Source of the DNA: the human T2T-CHM13v2.0 reference genome, Homo sapiens
Assembly (NCBI RefSeq): GCF_009914755.1
Contig: NC_060935.1
DNA length: 64,000 nucleotides
Direction: 5' to 3' (one strand)
The position numbers and the translations under genes are program-made. The notes beneath the pieces were generated by a model, which worked only from the letters and a program-made list of their open reading frames with translations, did no database searches and was not told the DNA's origin. Positions 1 to 15,729 of the stretch are shown here, in pieces. Numbering within the stretch: position 1 is the first letter of the stretch; each line of letters starts with the position of its first letter.

Positions 1-2176
1 ATGTGTCTTTTAATTGGAGCATTTAGCCCATTTACATTTAAGGTTAATATGTTATGTGTGAATTTCATCCTGTCATTATGATGTTAGCTGGTTATTTTGC
101 TCATTATTTGATGCAGTTTATTCCTAGCATTGATGATCTTCACAATTTGGCATGTTTTTGCAGTGGCTGGTACCGGTTGTTCCTTTCCATGTTTAGTGCT
201 TCCTTCAGGAGCTCTTGTAAGGCAGGCTCAGTGGTGACAAAATCTCTCAGCATTTTTCTGTAAAGGATCTTATTTCTCCTTCACTTATGAAGCTTAGTTT
301 GGCTGGATATGAAATTCTGGGTTGAAAATTCTTTTCTTTAAGAATGTTGAATATTGGCCCCCATTCTCTTCTGGCTTTTAGAGTTTCTGCTGAGAGATCC
401 GCTGTTAGTCTGATGGGCTTCCCTTTGTGGGTAACCCAACCTTTCTCTCTGGCTGCACTTAACATTTTTTCCTTCATTTCAACTTTGGTGAATCTGACAA
501 TTATGTGCCTTGGAGTTGCTCTTCTTGAGGAGTATCTTTATAGTGGTTTCTGTATTTCCTGAATTTGAATGTTGGCCTGCCTTGCTAGGTTGGGGAAGTT
601 CTCCTGGATAATATCCTGAAGAGTGTTTTCCAACTTGGCTCCATTCTCCCCGTCACTTTCAAGTACACCAATCAGACATAGATGTGGTCTTTTCACATAG
701 TCCCATATTTCTTGGAGGCTTTGTTCATTTCTTTTTACTCTTTTTTCTCTAATCTTGTTTTCTCACTTTATTTCATTAATTTGATCTTCAGTAACTGATA
801 CCCTTTCTTCCACTTGATCACATTGGCTATTGAAGCTTGTGCATGCATCACGAAGTTCTCGTACCATGGTTTTCAGCTCCATCAGGTCATTTAAGGTCTT
901 CTCTCTGCTGTTTATTCTAGTTAGCCATTTGTCTAATCTTTTTTCAAGGTTTTTAGCTTCCTCGAGATGGGTTTGAACATCCTCCTTTACCTCGGAGAAG
1001 TCTGTTATTACCGACCTTCTGAAGCCTACTTCTGTCCACTCATCAAAGTCATTCTCTGCCCAGCTTTGTTCCGTTGCTGGCTAGGAGCTGTGTTCCTTTG
1101 GAGGAGAAAAGGCACTGTGAGTTTTAGAATTTTCAGCTTTTCTGCTCTGGTTTCTCCCCATCTTTGTGGTTTTATCTACCTTTGGTCTTTGATGTTGGTG
1201 ACCTACAGATGGGGTTTTGGTGTAGATGACCTTTTTGTTGATGTTGATACTATTCCTTTCTGTTTGTTAGTTTTCCTCCTAACAGTCAAGTCCCTCAGCT
1301 GCAGGTCTGTTGGAGTTTGCTGGAGTTCCACTCCAGACCCTATTTGCCTGGGTGTCACCAGCAGAGGCTGCAGAACAGCATACATTGCTGTCTGGTCCTT
1401 CCTCTGGAAGCTTCGTCCCAGAGAGGCAGCCACCTATATGAGGTGTCTGTTGGCCACTACTGGGAGGTGTCTCCCAGTTAGGTTACACGGAGGTTAGGGA
1501 TCCACTTGAGGAGGCAGTCTGTCCGTTCTCAGAGCTCAAACGCTATGCTGGGAGAACCACTGCTCTCTTCAGAGCTATGAGACAGGGACGTTTAAGTCTG
1601 CAGAAGTTGTCCGTTGCCTTATGTTCAGCTATGCCCTGCCCACAGAGGTGAAGTCTAGAGGCAGTAGGCCTTGTTAAGCTGTTGTGGGCTCCGCTCAGTT
1701 CGAGTTTCCCACCGCTTTTTTACCTACTCAAGCCTCAGCAATGGTGGATGCCCCTCCCCGAGCCAGGCTGCTGTCTCGCAGATCAATCTCAGACTGCTGA
1801 GCTAGCAGTGAGCAAGGCTCTGTGGGTGTGGGAGCCGCCGAGCCAGGCACGGAAGAGAATCACCTTGTCTGCTGGTTGCTAAGACCTTGGGAACAGCACT
1901 GTATTTGAGCGGGAGTGTCCCATTTTCCCAGGTAGTCTGTCATGGCTTCCCTTGGCTAGGAAAGGGAAATCCCCTGACCCCTTGTGCTTCCCAGGTGAGG
2001 TTATGCCCCACCCTGTTTCTGCTCGCCCTCTGTGGGCTGCACCCACTGTTCAACCAGTCCCAGTGAGATGCACCAGGTACCTCAGTTGGAAATGCAGAAA
2101 TCACCCATCTTCTGCGTCGATCCTGCTGGGAGCTGCAGACAGGAGCTGTTCCTATTTGGCCATCTTGGAATGCTCC
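1..2176 (-). mobile_element. LINE-1 (older L1PA, approximately L1PA7-like): 5'UTR, disrupted ORF1 and start of ORF2; continues left of the window
   Basis: The 5' end has the YY1 core CAAGATGGCC near 2160-2168. ORF1 ATG is at 1161 (MGRNQSRK) and an ORF1 fragment is seen at 247-477 (GKPIRLTADLSAETL). ORF2 ATG at 76 reads ATG ACA GGA TGA (stop at codon 4). Confidence 0.93.
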
Positions 2177-5100
2177 AACATTTCTTTATTTCTGGCTTTC
2201 ACATTGGCATTCTTTCCCACTTTTGTGTAGTTCCAATTTTTTGTTTAGTATTCTTATGTGTTTTTTTTAAAACCAAATATCTTGGAAGCACTGTTAAAGA
2301 AATTAAAGTTTAGACAGGGAAACAAATCACTCATTCCCAGTAAATAGCATTATGTCATGCATTATTCCATTTTAGAAATTCAGCTTTGACTCCCTATTTC
2401 AGGTGACTGCCAGTTGGCTATTTCAGGAGTAAGGAGCCAAACATCATTTACACAAGCAACATGCACGGGGTCTTGCAACACAAATGGGTCAGTGCTAACT
2501 CAAGGGTGCTGCCTAAACTGGGGGGAGTGGGACTTGTGTTGGAAACAAACATGAGAGGAGTAGCTGACAGATCAATGGTGTAATACTGGAGTAAAAATCC
2601 CCAAACTACTACAGACAAGGATTTTAGGGATTCTTTCCTGTTCCTAAACTAAGTTCTAGCCTCCTGGATGCCCAGCTACATAACTATCCCTGGGTCTGGG
2701 ATGAAATTTGCACTTGAAACCCACCAAAGGCTGCCGTTCTTCCACCTCAAAACACAAATCTAGCTACCTGCATTATTGCCTGAAAGCCTCTAGATATGGC
2801 CTGGAGAAGATGTAAACTCTCTCCGACTCAGTCTCTTGAGCTGGTAACTCTGGGTGAATGGAGGCTTAATGTAAATAGAACAAGGGGTTCTTCGTGATCA
2901 CATAATCCTGTCTACATGCTCACTTTGGGGAAAATCAGGATGTCATGGGCTTCAGAATCAGAGTTTAAAAGATTTATAGATGCCTTAAGAAGCAAAAGTG
3001 AACACCCTTACTCCCAACTCCATGAACTTGCTCAGGTAACTTGTCCGAGGCCATATATCTAGTAAGTGAAAGAATGAGATTAAAATCCAAGTTGTCTAAC
3101 TCTCAATACCTATGTACATAACAATTTTGCTAAATGAGAATTCTGTCAAGGTCCATGCCAAATAACCTCATGCATGAGAAAATCTTGTGAAGGGCTTACT
3201 GTCAGAAAAAGGTAAGGATATCAATGTTTACCCGCACCCTTCACCATTCTCCACCTTTAACGTCTACCCTAAATTTAGTCAATCCTCTCATTCTTTACAT
3301 AGAGCCCTCATTGGTTCCTCACTATAGATTCATGGCTTCATACTTCACACCCAGCATAGCACACATGCATAAGTGGGTCCTAGCTCCGGCTCAGTAGAAC
3401 CATCTATAATGGCACATCTATTTTTTAGATCCCTCCCATTAGAGCAAGAGGATCCAGCAGGATGGAGAAACTCATGAACACTAAATTACAATTGGAGAGG
3501 GAATTTCAGTTATGTGATAGAGACCGTTTCCCAGAACTAGACACCTGGGCAAAACTGTCTTGGCCATGAAAAGGCTGAGCTATCACCAAGCTTTTTGGGA
3601 GTAGCAAGGAAAACTGTCTCATTTATCACCACCTCTTTGGGACATTTGTTTGGGAGAAAAGAGTGGACTTTGTTTTATATTATCTTCCTTGACCTGGTAC
3701 ATTCATTGGGTGGAGAGCTCTGGGCCAGGCTTTCCAGCTCCTTTTAGACTTCCAGAGGTATGAAAAAAAAATCATAGTAATAGAAACTGATTTCTATATA
3801 TGTATATGTATATATATTATTTTTCTTGTAATTTTACAGTCTACAAAGTGTATGAAATTTGACCTTTTTTTGATGGGAGGAGTAGAAAGTCATGCTCATA
3901 ATCTTGGAGTAGCCTTTTGGAAGGTACTAAAAATGGCTGTTGGCGGTGATAAAGTTTAAATAAATAAACTTGGATGTGCAAGACAAGAGGCTGCAGATAC
4001 TGGTCTAAAGTGCAGGTAAATATATAGAGAAAGGCAGAACCCAGCCTGCATTGAGTACTAACTGAATTTACACTGAAAGCAGGAACAAAGATGGTGAGTG
4101 TTTCTCATGGATTAGGTGTGGGCTCAGCAGACCTGGAGCCATTTCAGATTTCACGTGAGTTCCGCTCAGAAAGATCAAGTGACCCCAATACAGGATGGGT
4201 TCACCTGATTTCCATGGCTGTGCGGGGAGACATAAGTAACCAGTTGAAGGTCAATGTTTCACCCACACTATAGATGTGGGGGTTTGATGTGGGGGCTTCC
4301 AATGTACCCATGAAAGCAACTGTGAGAAGAATCATCAGCTTGGAACATCAGCCAGAAAGAGCTGGCTTTAAATATTTGCCACAGCTAGAGGTAACCAACG
4401 CAAAATTACATTGGTGCCAGTCAGGTAAGACATTTCCTGCTCCCTCTTATTCCTCTCACTGTTTTAACCCTGGAGGATCCAGAGGCAGCCTGATGGTGAG
4501 TAAGGAAGGAGAAGTAATTCACCAGGTAGGTAAAGAGAGATGAAGCCAGCTAAGCACCCCTCTTCCACTGTAAGCACTTTGTTAAGGGGAGAAATTTTAA
4601 ATGAAATTTGGAACTTTGACTCTCACACTTAAATTACTGAACTTTTAATTAACAAAAGAGGACTATCCATATGACGAGATGTAATCAGATGACTTTATTA
4701 TCTAGGAGTGATCTGCTCTAGATTTCTTTCAAGCAAAGGACCACTTCCTCCTCAAAATGGGCAATGAGGAGAGATGGAAAAGTTGTTTTTTATTGCACCC
4801 GATGAGTCCACTGACTCAAAGTGCTTAGGTGTGTGTCACAGTGTTTTGTGCTGAATTTTCCTGTTATTTGCAAGGGTTCTAATACCTTACAAAATATTCC
4901 ATGCACAGACTAAACATCAAATATTCCTAGCTAATTATTCAAGTAAGACAAAGATGGAAATTATTAGGCTTACTAAAAGCAGCAAATATTTAGCTTCAGT
5001 AGATTCTTATTGGACTTAAGCTGGTTGACTGTTTAATTACAAATTCAAGAAACAAATTAAGTATTTATACAAAATGCAGAAATGTAGTGACAGGGAAAAC

Positions 5101-5422
5101 AGATCTATAAAATTATGAATTGGAAATCAGTATCAAGAAATATTCCAGGAATTCAAATACAAAGAGAAGTTTTAATTCCATAGATCTGGTGACAGGGATA
5201 CAGCTTGTGGCTTGATTCCTTTACAAGAGAAAAAAGACTGATGCTTAACTCTCTTTTGAGAAAGTTAGCATATAGTCTTCTGTTGGATCCCTACAAAATA
5301 CTCTGAAAATCATTCTTAGCAAACTCTTCCCACCATTAAAATACATTTCTTCTAACTACTAAATGTCCTTTCCAGTAAGCTGAGAGAGGTAGAGTTTGAA
5401 GTAAATATTCATATTCATTCTT

Positions 5423-5740
<318 letters not shown>

Positions 5741-5851
5741 TAAAAATATTTGGGGCACATGCAATTTTAGTCCATTCCTTGTAATATGCTAGAGGTCACA
5801 TGAGAAAAAAAGGTAGTTAGAAGTTAGATTTTTCTTGAAATCACCTCTTTT

Positions 5852-7598
<1,747 letters not shown>

Positions 7599-7616
7599 TG
7601 AAATCACCTCTTTTCA

Positions 7617-7742
7617 GGATGATCACCTGGGCCCAGGGAGGTCAAGGCTGCAGTGAGCTGTGTTCACACTGCTGCACTCCAGTCTAAGCTACAGAGTGAG
7701 ACCCTGTCTGAATGAAAAAGAAAAAAAGAAAAAAAAAAAAAG
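7617..7742 (+). mobile_element. Alu right-arm/monomer fragment
   Basis: GATCACCTGGGCCCAGGGAGGTCAAGGCTGCAGTGAGC...GAGACCCTGTC followed by an A-rich tail. Confidence 0.85.
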
Positions 7743-8859
7743 AATCTGTTTTGAAATATTTGTCAAGACCCTCAGGGAGAGATTTCAAATGTAACAATTT
7801 AATAGTTTAAAAACCTTAAAAATCCAGGATAAATAAATGCAGGCCTACAGGACCAAACCTTATCAAAACTACTGATGTATTCAGTAATTGGATGTTTCTA
7901 ATTCATGTGCATCAAAAGCCTTTATCATGAAACAGAGCTATAAAAAGAAATGGCAACATTAAAAAGCAGAGAGGCTAAGGACTTTTTCTTGATTTTTAAT
8001 TCTGACATTTATTAGCTGTATAATCTTGTAGAAGTTGATACACCTGTTTTCTGCTAGGTAAAAAGGGAATATAGTATCTTCTCTCCACTGGAATTCTGTA
8101 TCAATTATAAGGCAAAAAGGAAAAAATAAATAGCAGTCACAATATCACCTGATAAGCTGCTAAAGGCCAGAATTGAGGATGTGGCTTAGATGTGTGGGAA
8201 TAATAGGCTTACTGACACATAGCCCCAGGCATACAGACCAGCTGGACCTGCTGGTCTCCCTGTGCAGGAGCCTGCCCCTGTAAAATATATGATATAGAGG
8301 AACAGAATAGAGTGCATACTCTCTGTGGATATTATGTTAAAATGAAGGAGGAAGGAGCTGAGATGAGCATTGTAAAATTCTTCTTCCAAACTTATCAATA
8401 AGGAAAGTCACCAGTGTTTCCCTGGGGAGGAGTGAGAGAGGTTGGCAGAGAGCCGACAGGAGTATTGTGCCAGTGAAGCTCTTTCCACAAGGAAAGAAAC
8501 ACTGGAGTAGAGGAAAAGTTTTAGCTCTGAACATTTCCCAGACTCTAATTCTTTTAATACATTGGGCTTGACCATTTAGCCTATATTCCATCAAGCTGTA
8601 GCTATCCTCTTGTGGAGAAGAGATCAGCAGACTATCAAGATAATTCTATTCTTACTTTCACAAGGCTGTTCTCCTAACACTAATTGTGATGCTCTGTGGG
8701 TCCTCCTGGTACTGTCCAGGGTTGCTTCTGACCCCAGAATGCTCTGAAATAGGCCAGAGTAATACATTAGATAAATTAACTTGTAGGCAACATTGTACCC
8801 CTGGCTGAAAATCAATTTCCCACCCCAGATGATGTCTAGCCAAGTTGTCCTATTATATA

Positions 8860-9287
8860 GTATGTAACTTTGGGTCCACTGAGAAGCAGACGCCAAGAAA
8901 GGATGAGAAATGGAAGAGATTTATTGGCAGGGGGAGCAGGTGAAGGCAGGGAATGCCTCCAAAGCATGGTGTAGGTCTGACATCTGTGCAAGAAGAGAGG
9001 GAAGGAAGGACAACTGGGTAGGAAGAATCTTAGACTGCAATGCAGCAGTTCTTAGAAAGGTTAAACCTGGCTGATGGAAAATCCTTCAGCCAAAGTTCCT
9101 TGTTGGAAGAGTTCTATTTCACTGGAATGGGCATGTTTTAGTACCCTAGTCATCTTCAGTCATTGGTAGAAGCAGCTAGCAGGAAGTGTGGCCTCAGTGT
9201 GAACATGATGATGGGTCCAGAGGCCATCAGTCCATTATGATCCTCACAGCAGGAAGTGTGAGCAGTGGATTTTCATGGATGTAACAT
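8860..9287. mobile_element. Degenerate LTR (MLT1/ERVL-type)
   Basis: Recalled similarity (GAGAAGCAGACGCCAAGA...AGAGATTTATTGG, a reverse-strand AATAAA). The family is uncertain. Confidence 0.5.
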
Positions 9288-9364
9288 GTATATAGCCCAT
9301 CAGAAGTTCTACAATGGCACTGAATGACAGCATAAAAATACCCCAATAATAGTGTATATAACAA

Positions 9365-9643
9365 GGCAGGCACAGTGGCTCATGCCTGTAATCCTAGTAC
9401 TTTGGGAGGCTGAGGTGGAAGGATCACTGAGGCCAGGAGTTTGAGACCAACTTGGGCAACATGGTGAGACTTCATCTCTACAAAAAATTTAAAAATTGGC
9501 CAAGCTTGCTGGCATGTGCCTGTAGTTCCAGCTGCCTGGGAGACTGAGGCAGGAGGATCTCTTCAGCTCAGGTGTTGGAGGCTGCAGTGAGCTATGAGCC
9601 TGGGTGCACTTAAGCCTGGGTCATACAGCGAGACCCTGTCTCT
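9365..9643 (+). mobile_element. AluJ-like
   Basis: Dimeric Alu whose tail has decayed to (TA)n. Confidence 0.9.
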
Positions 9644-9665
9644 ATTATATATATATATATAAAAT

Positions 9666-9886
9666 GGACACAGGAAGGGGAACATCACACACCAGGGACT
9701 GTTGTGGGGTAGGGGGAGCGGGGAGGGTTAGCATTAGGAGATATACCTAATGCTAAATGACGAGTTAATGGGTGAAGCACACCAACATGGCACATGTATA
9801 CATATATAACAAACCTGAACGTTGTGCACATGTACCCTAAAACTTAAAGTATAATAATAATAAAATTTAAAAAAGGCAAAAAAAAA
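9666..9886 (+). mobile_element. Short L1PA 3'-end insertion
   Basis: GGACACAGGAAGGGGAACATCACACACC...TACCCTAAAACTTAAAGTATAATAA plus A tail. Probable TSD TATATATATAAAAT (9652-9665 / 9890-9903). Confidence 0.9.
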
Positions 9887-10060
9887 TTTTATATATATAA
9901 AATATGATTATATATGTTAAAAATATATAATTATATGAATATAAAGCAAGATCCTGTCTGTATTTTATACATATAAAACATATATGATTATATATGTTAA
10001 AATATATAATTATATATAATATAAAAGTATACATATTATGTATAAAATATATAAAATAAT
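9887..10060. repeat. AT-rich low-complexity tandem duplication
   Basis: TATGATTATATATGTTAAAA(A)TATATAATTATAT occurs twice. Confidence 0.85.
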
Positions 10061-10607
10061 AAGATGCTTCACATCTGAATATAGACTTCTTCCCATTATC
10101 AAATTCCAGGGAGAAATTACAGTAAAAAATATTAGATTCCCTTGCAAGTTAAGTCTAAATAAGTTAAAACCCAAAGAGATTAAAGCCCTAAATCAAATTC
10201 TTTTGACTTTATGAGTTAAAGTTTAAAAAAATTAAAGTACAAAACTTGTCTTTCCTCATTTCTTACTCTACTCAGTCCTGGTCAAGAGAAGGCAGATGTG
10301 GTGTTCGTTTCCCTCAGTAGCGCAGTTCCTAGAATGGATGCAGTTCCTTCAAGAACTCAGAATTTGTTTTCATGATCCCCACTTAATAAAATAAAGTCCA
10401 AAGAATTCCTAGAACATACTGAATTATAAGAGTTCTAGCTCAGTCACTATGCAATTTGGAAAGCAAGCTAATCCCTAGATTGTAATGTTGATACTATAGG
10501 AAAATTATGGTTCCAGATCACATCACTTGGTGAGTCCAAAGACCATATCAAAGTTATCTGCATAACGATAGGTGGATGGAGATAATCCAGGCTTGTCTCA
10601 TCAGGAT

Positions 10608-11320
10608 TCATTCATTCATTCATACTGCAAATAATTACTGAATACCTACTATGTATCAGGAGATATTCTAGCAGCTAATAAAACAGACAAAGATTCTTGC
10701 CTTCATGGAGCAAAATTGCATTCTTTTGGGGAAGACCTTTTTTAAATAAGATAATTAAATATTTAACATATTAGTGACATGATAAGGAGAAAAAAATAAA
10801 AGAATGGAGTTATGAGATGTTGAGAGGGGATTAGAATTTTAGCTAGGAGAGCCAGGGAGACTATTTTGAATAAAAACCTAGAGGATGTTAAAGAGCAAGC
10901 CATGTGCCTATGTAGTGAATGATCATTTTAGGGTGGAGGAAATAGCAAATGCAAAAACAGGAGGCAGGAGTATTCCTGGAGTGTTTACAAAACAGCAAGG
11001 AATCCTATGTGGCTGGAGTGCAGTGAGCAAGGTGAAGAGTGATGAGATGAGATCAGGGGGATACAGAGGGCAGACCATGTAGTGTTCATTCTGATGAGAT
11101 AGGAAGCCAGTGCAGGGTACAGAACAAGGTACTGACTTGAATTAACACGATCACCTGGATGCTTTGCTGAGAAGAGACTCTAAAGGGTAAGTGCAGCAGC
11201 AGGAAGACCATTTAGGAAACTGTTGCAATAATCTAAAGAAGACATGATTGTGGCTTGGACCAATGTGATAGCAGGGGAGGTGACAAATGGTTGGGTTTCT
11301 GGATACAGTTTGGTGGCAGT
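10608..11320 (-). mobile_element. L2 remnant
   Basis: Starts with (CATT)n...TACTGAATACCTACTATGT, the antisense L2 3' end, followed by a purine-rich L2-like body. Confidence 0.7.
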
Positions 11321-12258
11321 CACAGCCAATTTTCAGGAGTCAGGAAATTGTGAGCTTAAACTCAGTTGGGAGAAGTCAGCCATCAAGAAGTTAATCTTTT
11401 ACTTCCAATATCAGAGGAAGAGCCACTTCTGCATACTATCTGCTTTCTCAGAGAGCGGCATTTGCAACACCTCTGGGTTCTACAAAAGTTTAAAAATCTT
11501 CACATGATGGCAGCCCCAATTAATGTTTTACTCAAAGTGCCTTTCCTTTATAACATATTCAAATCCTCTTAATTTTATTTTCCCATTGAGTCTCATGTTT
11601 CTGGCACCCCATGCTGATAAGAGTGGGGCTGTGTCTAGTGACACAGCCTCCGAGATGTCTTATGAACAGGTATCTCAATCCTGTGCCACAGAGGCTATTG
11701 CCTGTACCTCTTGCTATAGCCTAAGACCTGCCTCCTGCTTCCTACTATTGTAATCACCCTCAGCAGAGACGTGAATTAAAGCTGCTTTGGAAACATGTAC
11801 TCCTTTCAGTCTAGTGAGTGTCTACACCTATGTCATGTACTACATAAGACCTTATCTTGTCTTCACTTTGAATGTCACAAGCCTTGAGTGGCATTTCTTT
11901 CAGTTACATTTTTTTTCTCTGCAGGAAAGGGTTAAGCCTCTAGTGTTATATATCCCTCCTTTGTCCCATGACTATTTTTCAGAAAGGTTCATCTGATTTT
12001 ATGATAATTCACCTTGTAACTTAGGTTAATCCCTTTCTTTTTGTGCCTATGACAAGGCTGGTATGATTTGCTGGATTTGAGCATCTTCTTTCCTTTGCTT
12101 TCTTACACAGACATTTTTCTTTTTTTCTCTTTTTGTTTTCTAGCCTAGAGATGCGTTTTTCTCACATGCTCCTCTAGGTTTTGTTTTGTGGGGGCTCACA
12201 TAGTGAGATGTGAAATCTATGCATTCTGTGTTTTATCAAAAAGCAAAGATATTCTCAC

Positions 12259-12279
12259 CTTCACCTTGCTGAGCTGCAT
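12259..12279 (-). CDS. PSMA1: First 7 codons (MQLSKVK) of the long N-terminally extended isoform of proteasome subunit alpha type-1
   Basis: Minus strand reads ATG CAG CTC AGC AAG GTG AAG followed by the donor gtgaga (12258-12253). MQLSKVK is the recalled N-terminal extension of the PSMA1 long isoform, which splices onto FRNQYDNDV... outside the window. Confidence 0.88.
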
Positions 12280-12444
12280 AACATTTCCAGGAGACAGTCA
12301 CCTAGTAGACCAACATACAACATAGGTCTGGATTTGACTTGTCATTGTCTTTTCCCAGCCTTGGAGGGCCAAGGCCTTTACCACTCTGCTACTGGCCTTG
12401 CTGAGAGCTGACCATGAATACATGCTTTTTGCAGGGTGGAATAC
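12259..12444 (-). other. PSMA1: PSMA1 long-isoform exon 2 (186 nt: 165 nt 5'UTR + 21 nt CDS)
   Basis: Acceptor ccttctccattgtctttcag|GTATTC at 12445/12444 with a pyrimidine tract; donor AAG|gtgaga at 12259/12258. Confidence 0.85.
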
Positions 12445-14516
12445 CTGAAAGACAATGGAGAAGGTAAAAGGAACATGAGTTATATTAGATCTTCATCAGA
12501 CATCCTGTTCCTCATCTCAAACTCACCAAACTCTCTTCTCCTCTCCTGGGGGTAAGTAGATACAGGCCAGGAGAGTTACTCTAATGGATGTTCCCCACGT
12601 GGAGGGAAATATCAAAAGTGAGGAATAAGTGCCTCCCCAGGAAAGTATATAAAATACTTAGCACAGTCCTTAAAATGAGGTTAGTGGTCAATAAATGTTA
12701 ACAATTATATAGCAAAAGAATTGAAAAATTGAGATGAAAATTAGCTATGTTCTGTGCATAGCTAAAGTGGAAAAGTATAAATAGTAGAGCTAGGGCAACA
12801 AAACAAATTCTACAATGAAGGATTTTTTGTTTCTCAGTTTTTAGAGTAAAACTCTATGCCTTAAACTGTCCTTAAAATCATCTATGAATACAGCCTGTCT
12901 CCGATATGGAACCGGCCTCTTGACAAATGAATACAATTAGGTCAGGTGTGCATTTTTTTGTTGGATCCCAGGACCACAGAATTGGGTTAATCCTAATCTT
13001 TGGTAATGACACATACTCCTCACTAGATTGTTCCTTCCTTTCCTCCTTCCCACCCTCCCTTCCATGCTCTCTCTCTCTTCTCTCCTTCTCTCCCTTTCTG
13101 CTCTGCCATCTTCCCAACTTTGTCTCTTTTCAAGGGAGTCTTGTAACATTGATACCTTATTTTGAGTGGAATAGAACTTTTGGATTCTCCAGCCTCTATC
13201 CCCTTCCTTTCCCAGGCAATTGTCTTTATTTGTGCTGAGTTTGGAGTTGGAATAAACACTGAAAGTGACAGACTTGCCACATCTGGAGGAAAAAACAGCT
13301 GTTTTTTGGTTTCCCCCAAAATTGTAAGTGCATCTCTAAAGCTGAAAGGAAGTGCATGGTTTTGACTCAAACTCTGCCCTGTTTGCCAGCCCCAGGGAGT
13401 CTTGGTTGAGCTAGGAGGAATGTAACAAAACCTGACAACAGACAAGTATGATGTGGTGTGAAGTTTTATTATGAAACTTATGTGTAGTTCTGCTTTTCAC
13501 CCAGTTGTGTCATAGGAAAACAAAACATTCATTTCAGTTTTTGCTAACCATGGTGTTTAGAATAGCAGAAAAATATAATTTGTATTTAAATATTATGTAG
13601 TGTAACACACAATTCTCATAAGATGTTGAAATTGTAGTATGTATTGATTCATAAGTCAGTTTTAAACTATTTCCTTACTTTCCTTCAATTGAAAGTATGA
13701 TCATATATGTATTATCGTGTACAATATATCTATATAAAATATATACATTTAAAACAGGAAAGAGACATTTAATTATCATATAAGCAGTTTATCTGCATTA
13801 AAGAAACATTAGATAAAGCAGAAAATTAGAAAAAAAATGTATGGAGCAGTTTCTTAATTCATTCTACTAGCAACTGATATTGTGCTAGGTGAAAAGAAAA
13901 ATACATAGATGACTAGGACATAGACTGTACCCTCTAGGAAAGAGATATAAATAAAATATTTTTTAAATATTCAACAGAAATTTAAAATTTGTCAAGCATT
14001 TTTAGTATCCTCTGTATCTTCCTGCTACCTTTAACTTAGTCATTTAGAGTAGGCTATGTTTACCCAGAGATCATATGATCTGTGGGTGACTGGGCCTGGT
14101 CATAATTTAACTTGAGGTCCAGTCCTCTTTAGACCATGTGCCTATACTTCCTTCCTTAGAAAGGGCAGGAGTTAGGAAGAAATCTTTCCATTTATTTTGT
14201 GGGCCGGGCGGGCTGGGCAGATGAGTGATAAAAGATGCAGTGTCAATGGTGCCCATTGAAGACAAGGAACTACATTAAGATGGAGATAGGGAAGGAACAT
14301 GGTTATGCAGTGTATTAATGACTCATTCCAAATTTCACTGGATGGACAACCACCAAAGCAGAACATTTTTTCTAAAGTTATTTTGAATAGAGGATTTTAA
14401 CAAATAAAGTCTGTAATAAAGTTAATAATGTAAAATACAGTAATAAAGTCAATAATTTTAAATAGGTTTATTAAGTCACATATTGGTCATGTATAAAGTT
14501 AGGAGTTAAAAATCAA

Positions 14517-14845
<329 letters not shown>

Positions 14846-15729
14846 AAAAATCAACTGGTTCTACTGTGCCTCATTATGTGGTATTAAGGACAGACTTCCA
14901 TTGGTTTCAGATAATCAGAACTATATTTCTGAGATTTCAAAATAATTATGTAGGAAATTACACAAAAGAAGTAAAGTAGTGAAACCCTATACCTGTGCTC
15001 ATTTTATACAGCAAAGAACTGGAAGAACAGTATTTCAGTTCTTTTTAAGTAAGGTGGTTGAGGCCTCTGGACACAAAGGAGAAACAGGCAGTTGTCTAAA
15101 TAATTCTGGCATCTTCCACAAATGAAACAAAAGTAGACCATTTGTAATTCTCTTGATTACAGTTTTTCATACATTTATATATGAATATCACATTTATAAC
15201 AAAATCAAAATTACTTTATCACACTCTGCTGCTTTCATTTATCCTTCTACCTATCCATTCATCCAGTAAATATTTATATTGAACTTACTATGAGAAAAGA
15301 ACTCTGCTTGTCACAGTATTATCAAATGTCTCAGTTGAAGAACAATTGCATGTCACTGGGATATGGGTTTAAATAATAAAATGAAGCTTTCATGGAAAAT
15401 TTGGATATTATTTACAAAATAACCAAGTGTTAAATATAACAAGCAAACAGTACTCAGTTTTAAAAACTGAGGGTTGTTTGTTTTTTTAAAAAATACTCCT
15501 AAACTACCATGCAATTCTGAGTTAGGAGTTTCTATTATTAACAAACAGATGAAAAACTCTCCCCTGGTAAGAAGTGTCATCAGTGGATTTATTTCTAACT
15601 CTGTGGTTTATTTCATTATATGATGAGTAACATTTTTTCCTTTGTTACAGAGGTTGAGAAAAATTTGGTGAATATGTTTCATATAAGCTGAAAAAAAAAA
15701 CCCCAAATAATGAATTGTTCTTCTTCAGA

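Noticed and set aside
12878-13445. Cluster of overlapping 67-140 aa ORFs
   Set aside because: Driven by a CT-rich low-complexity tract at ~13030-13110; no recognisable product.
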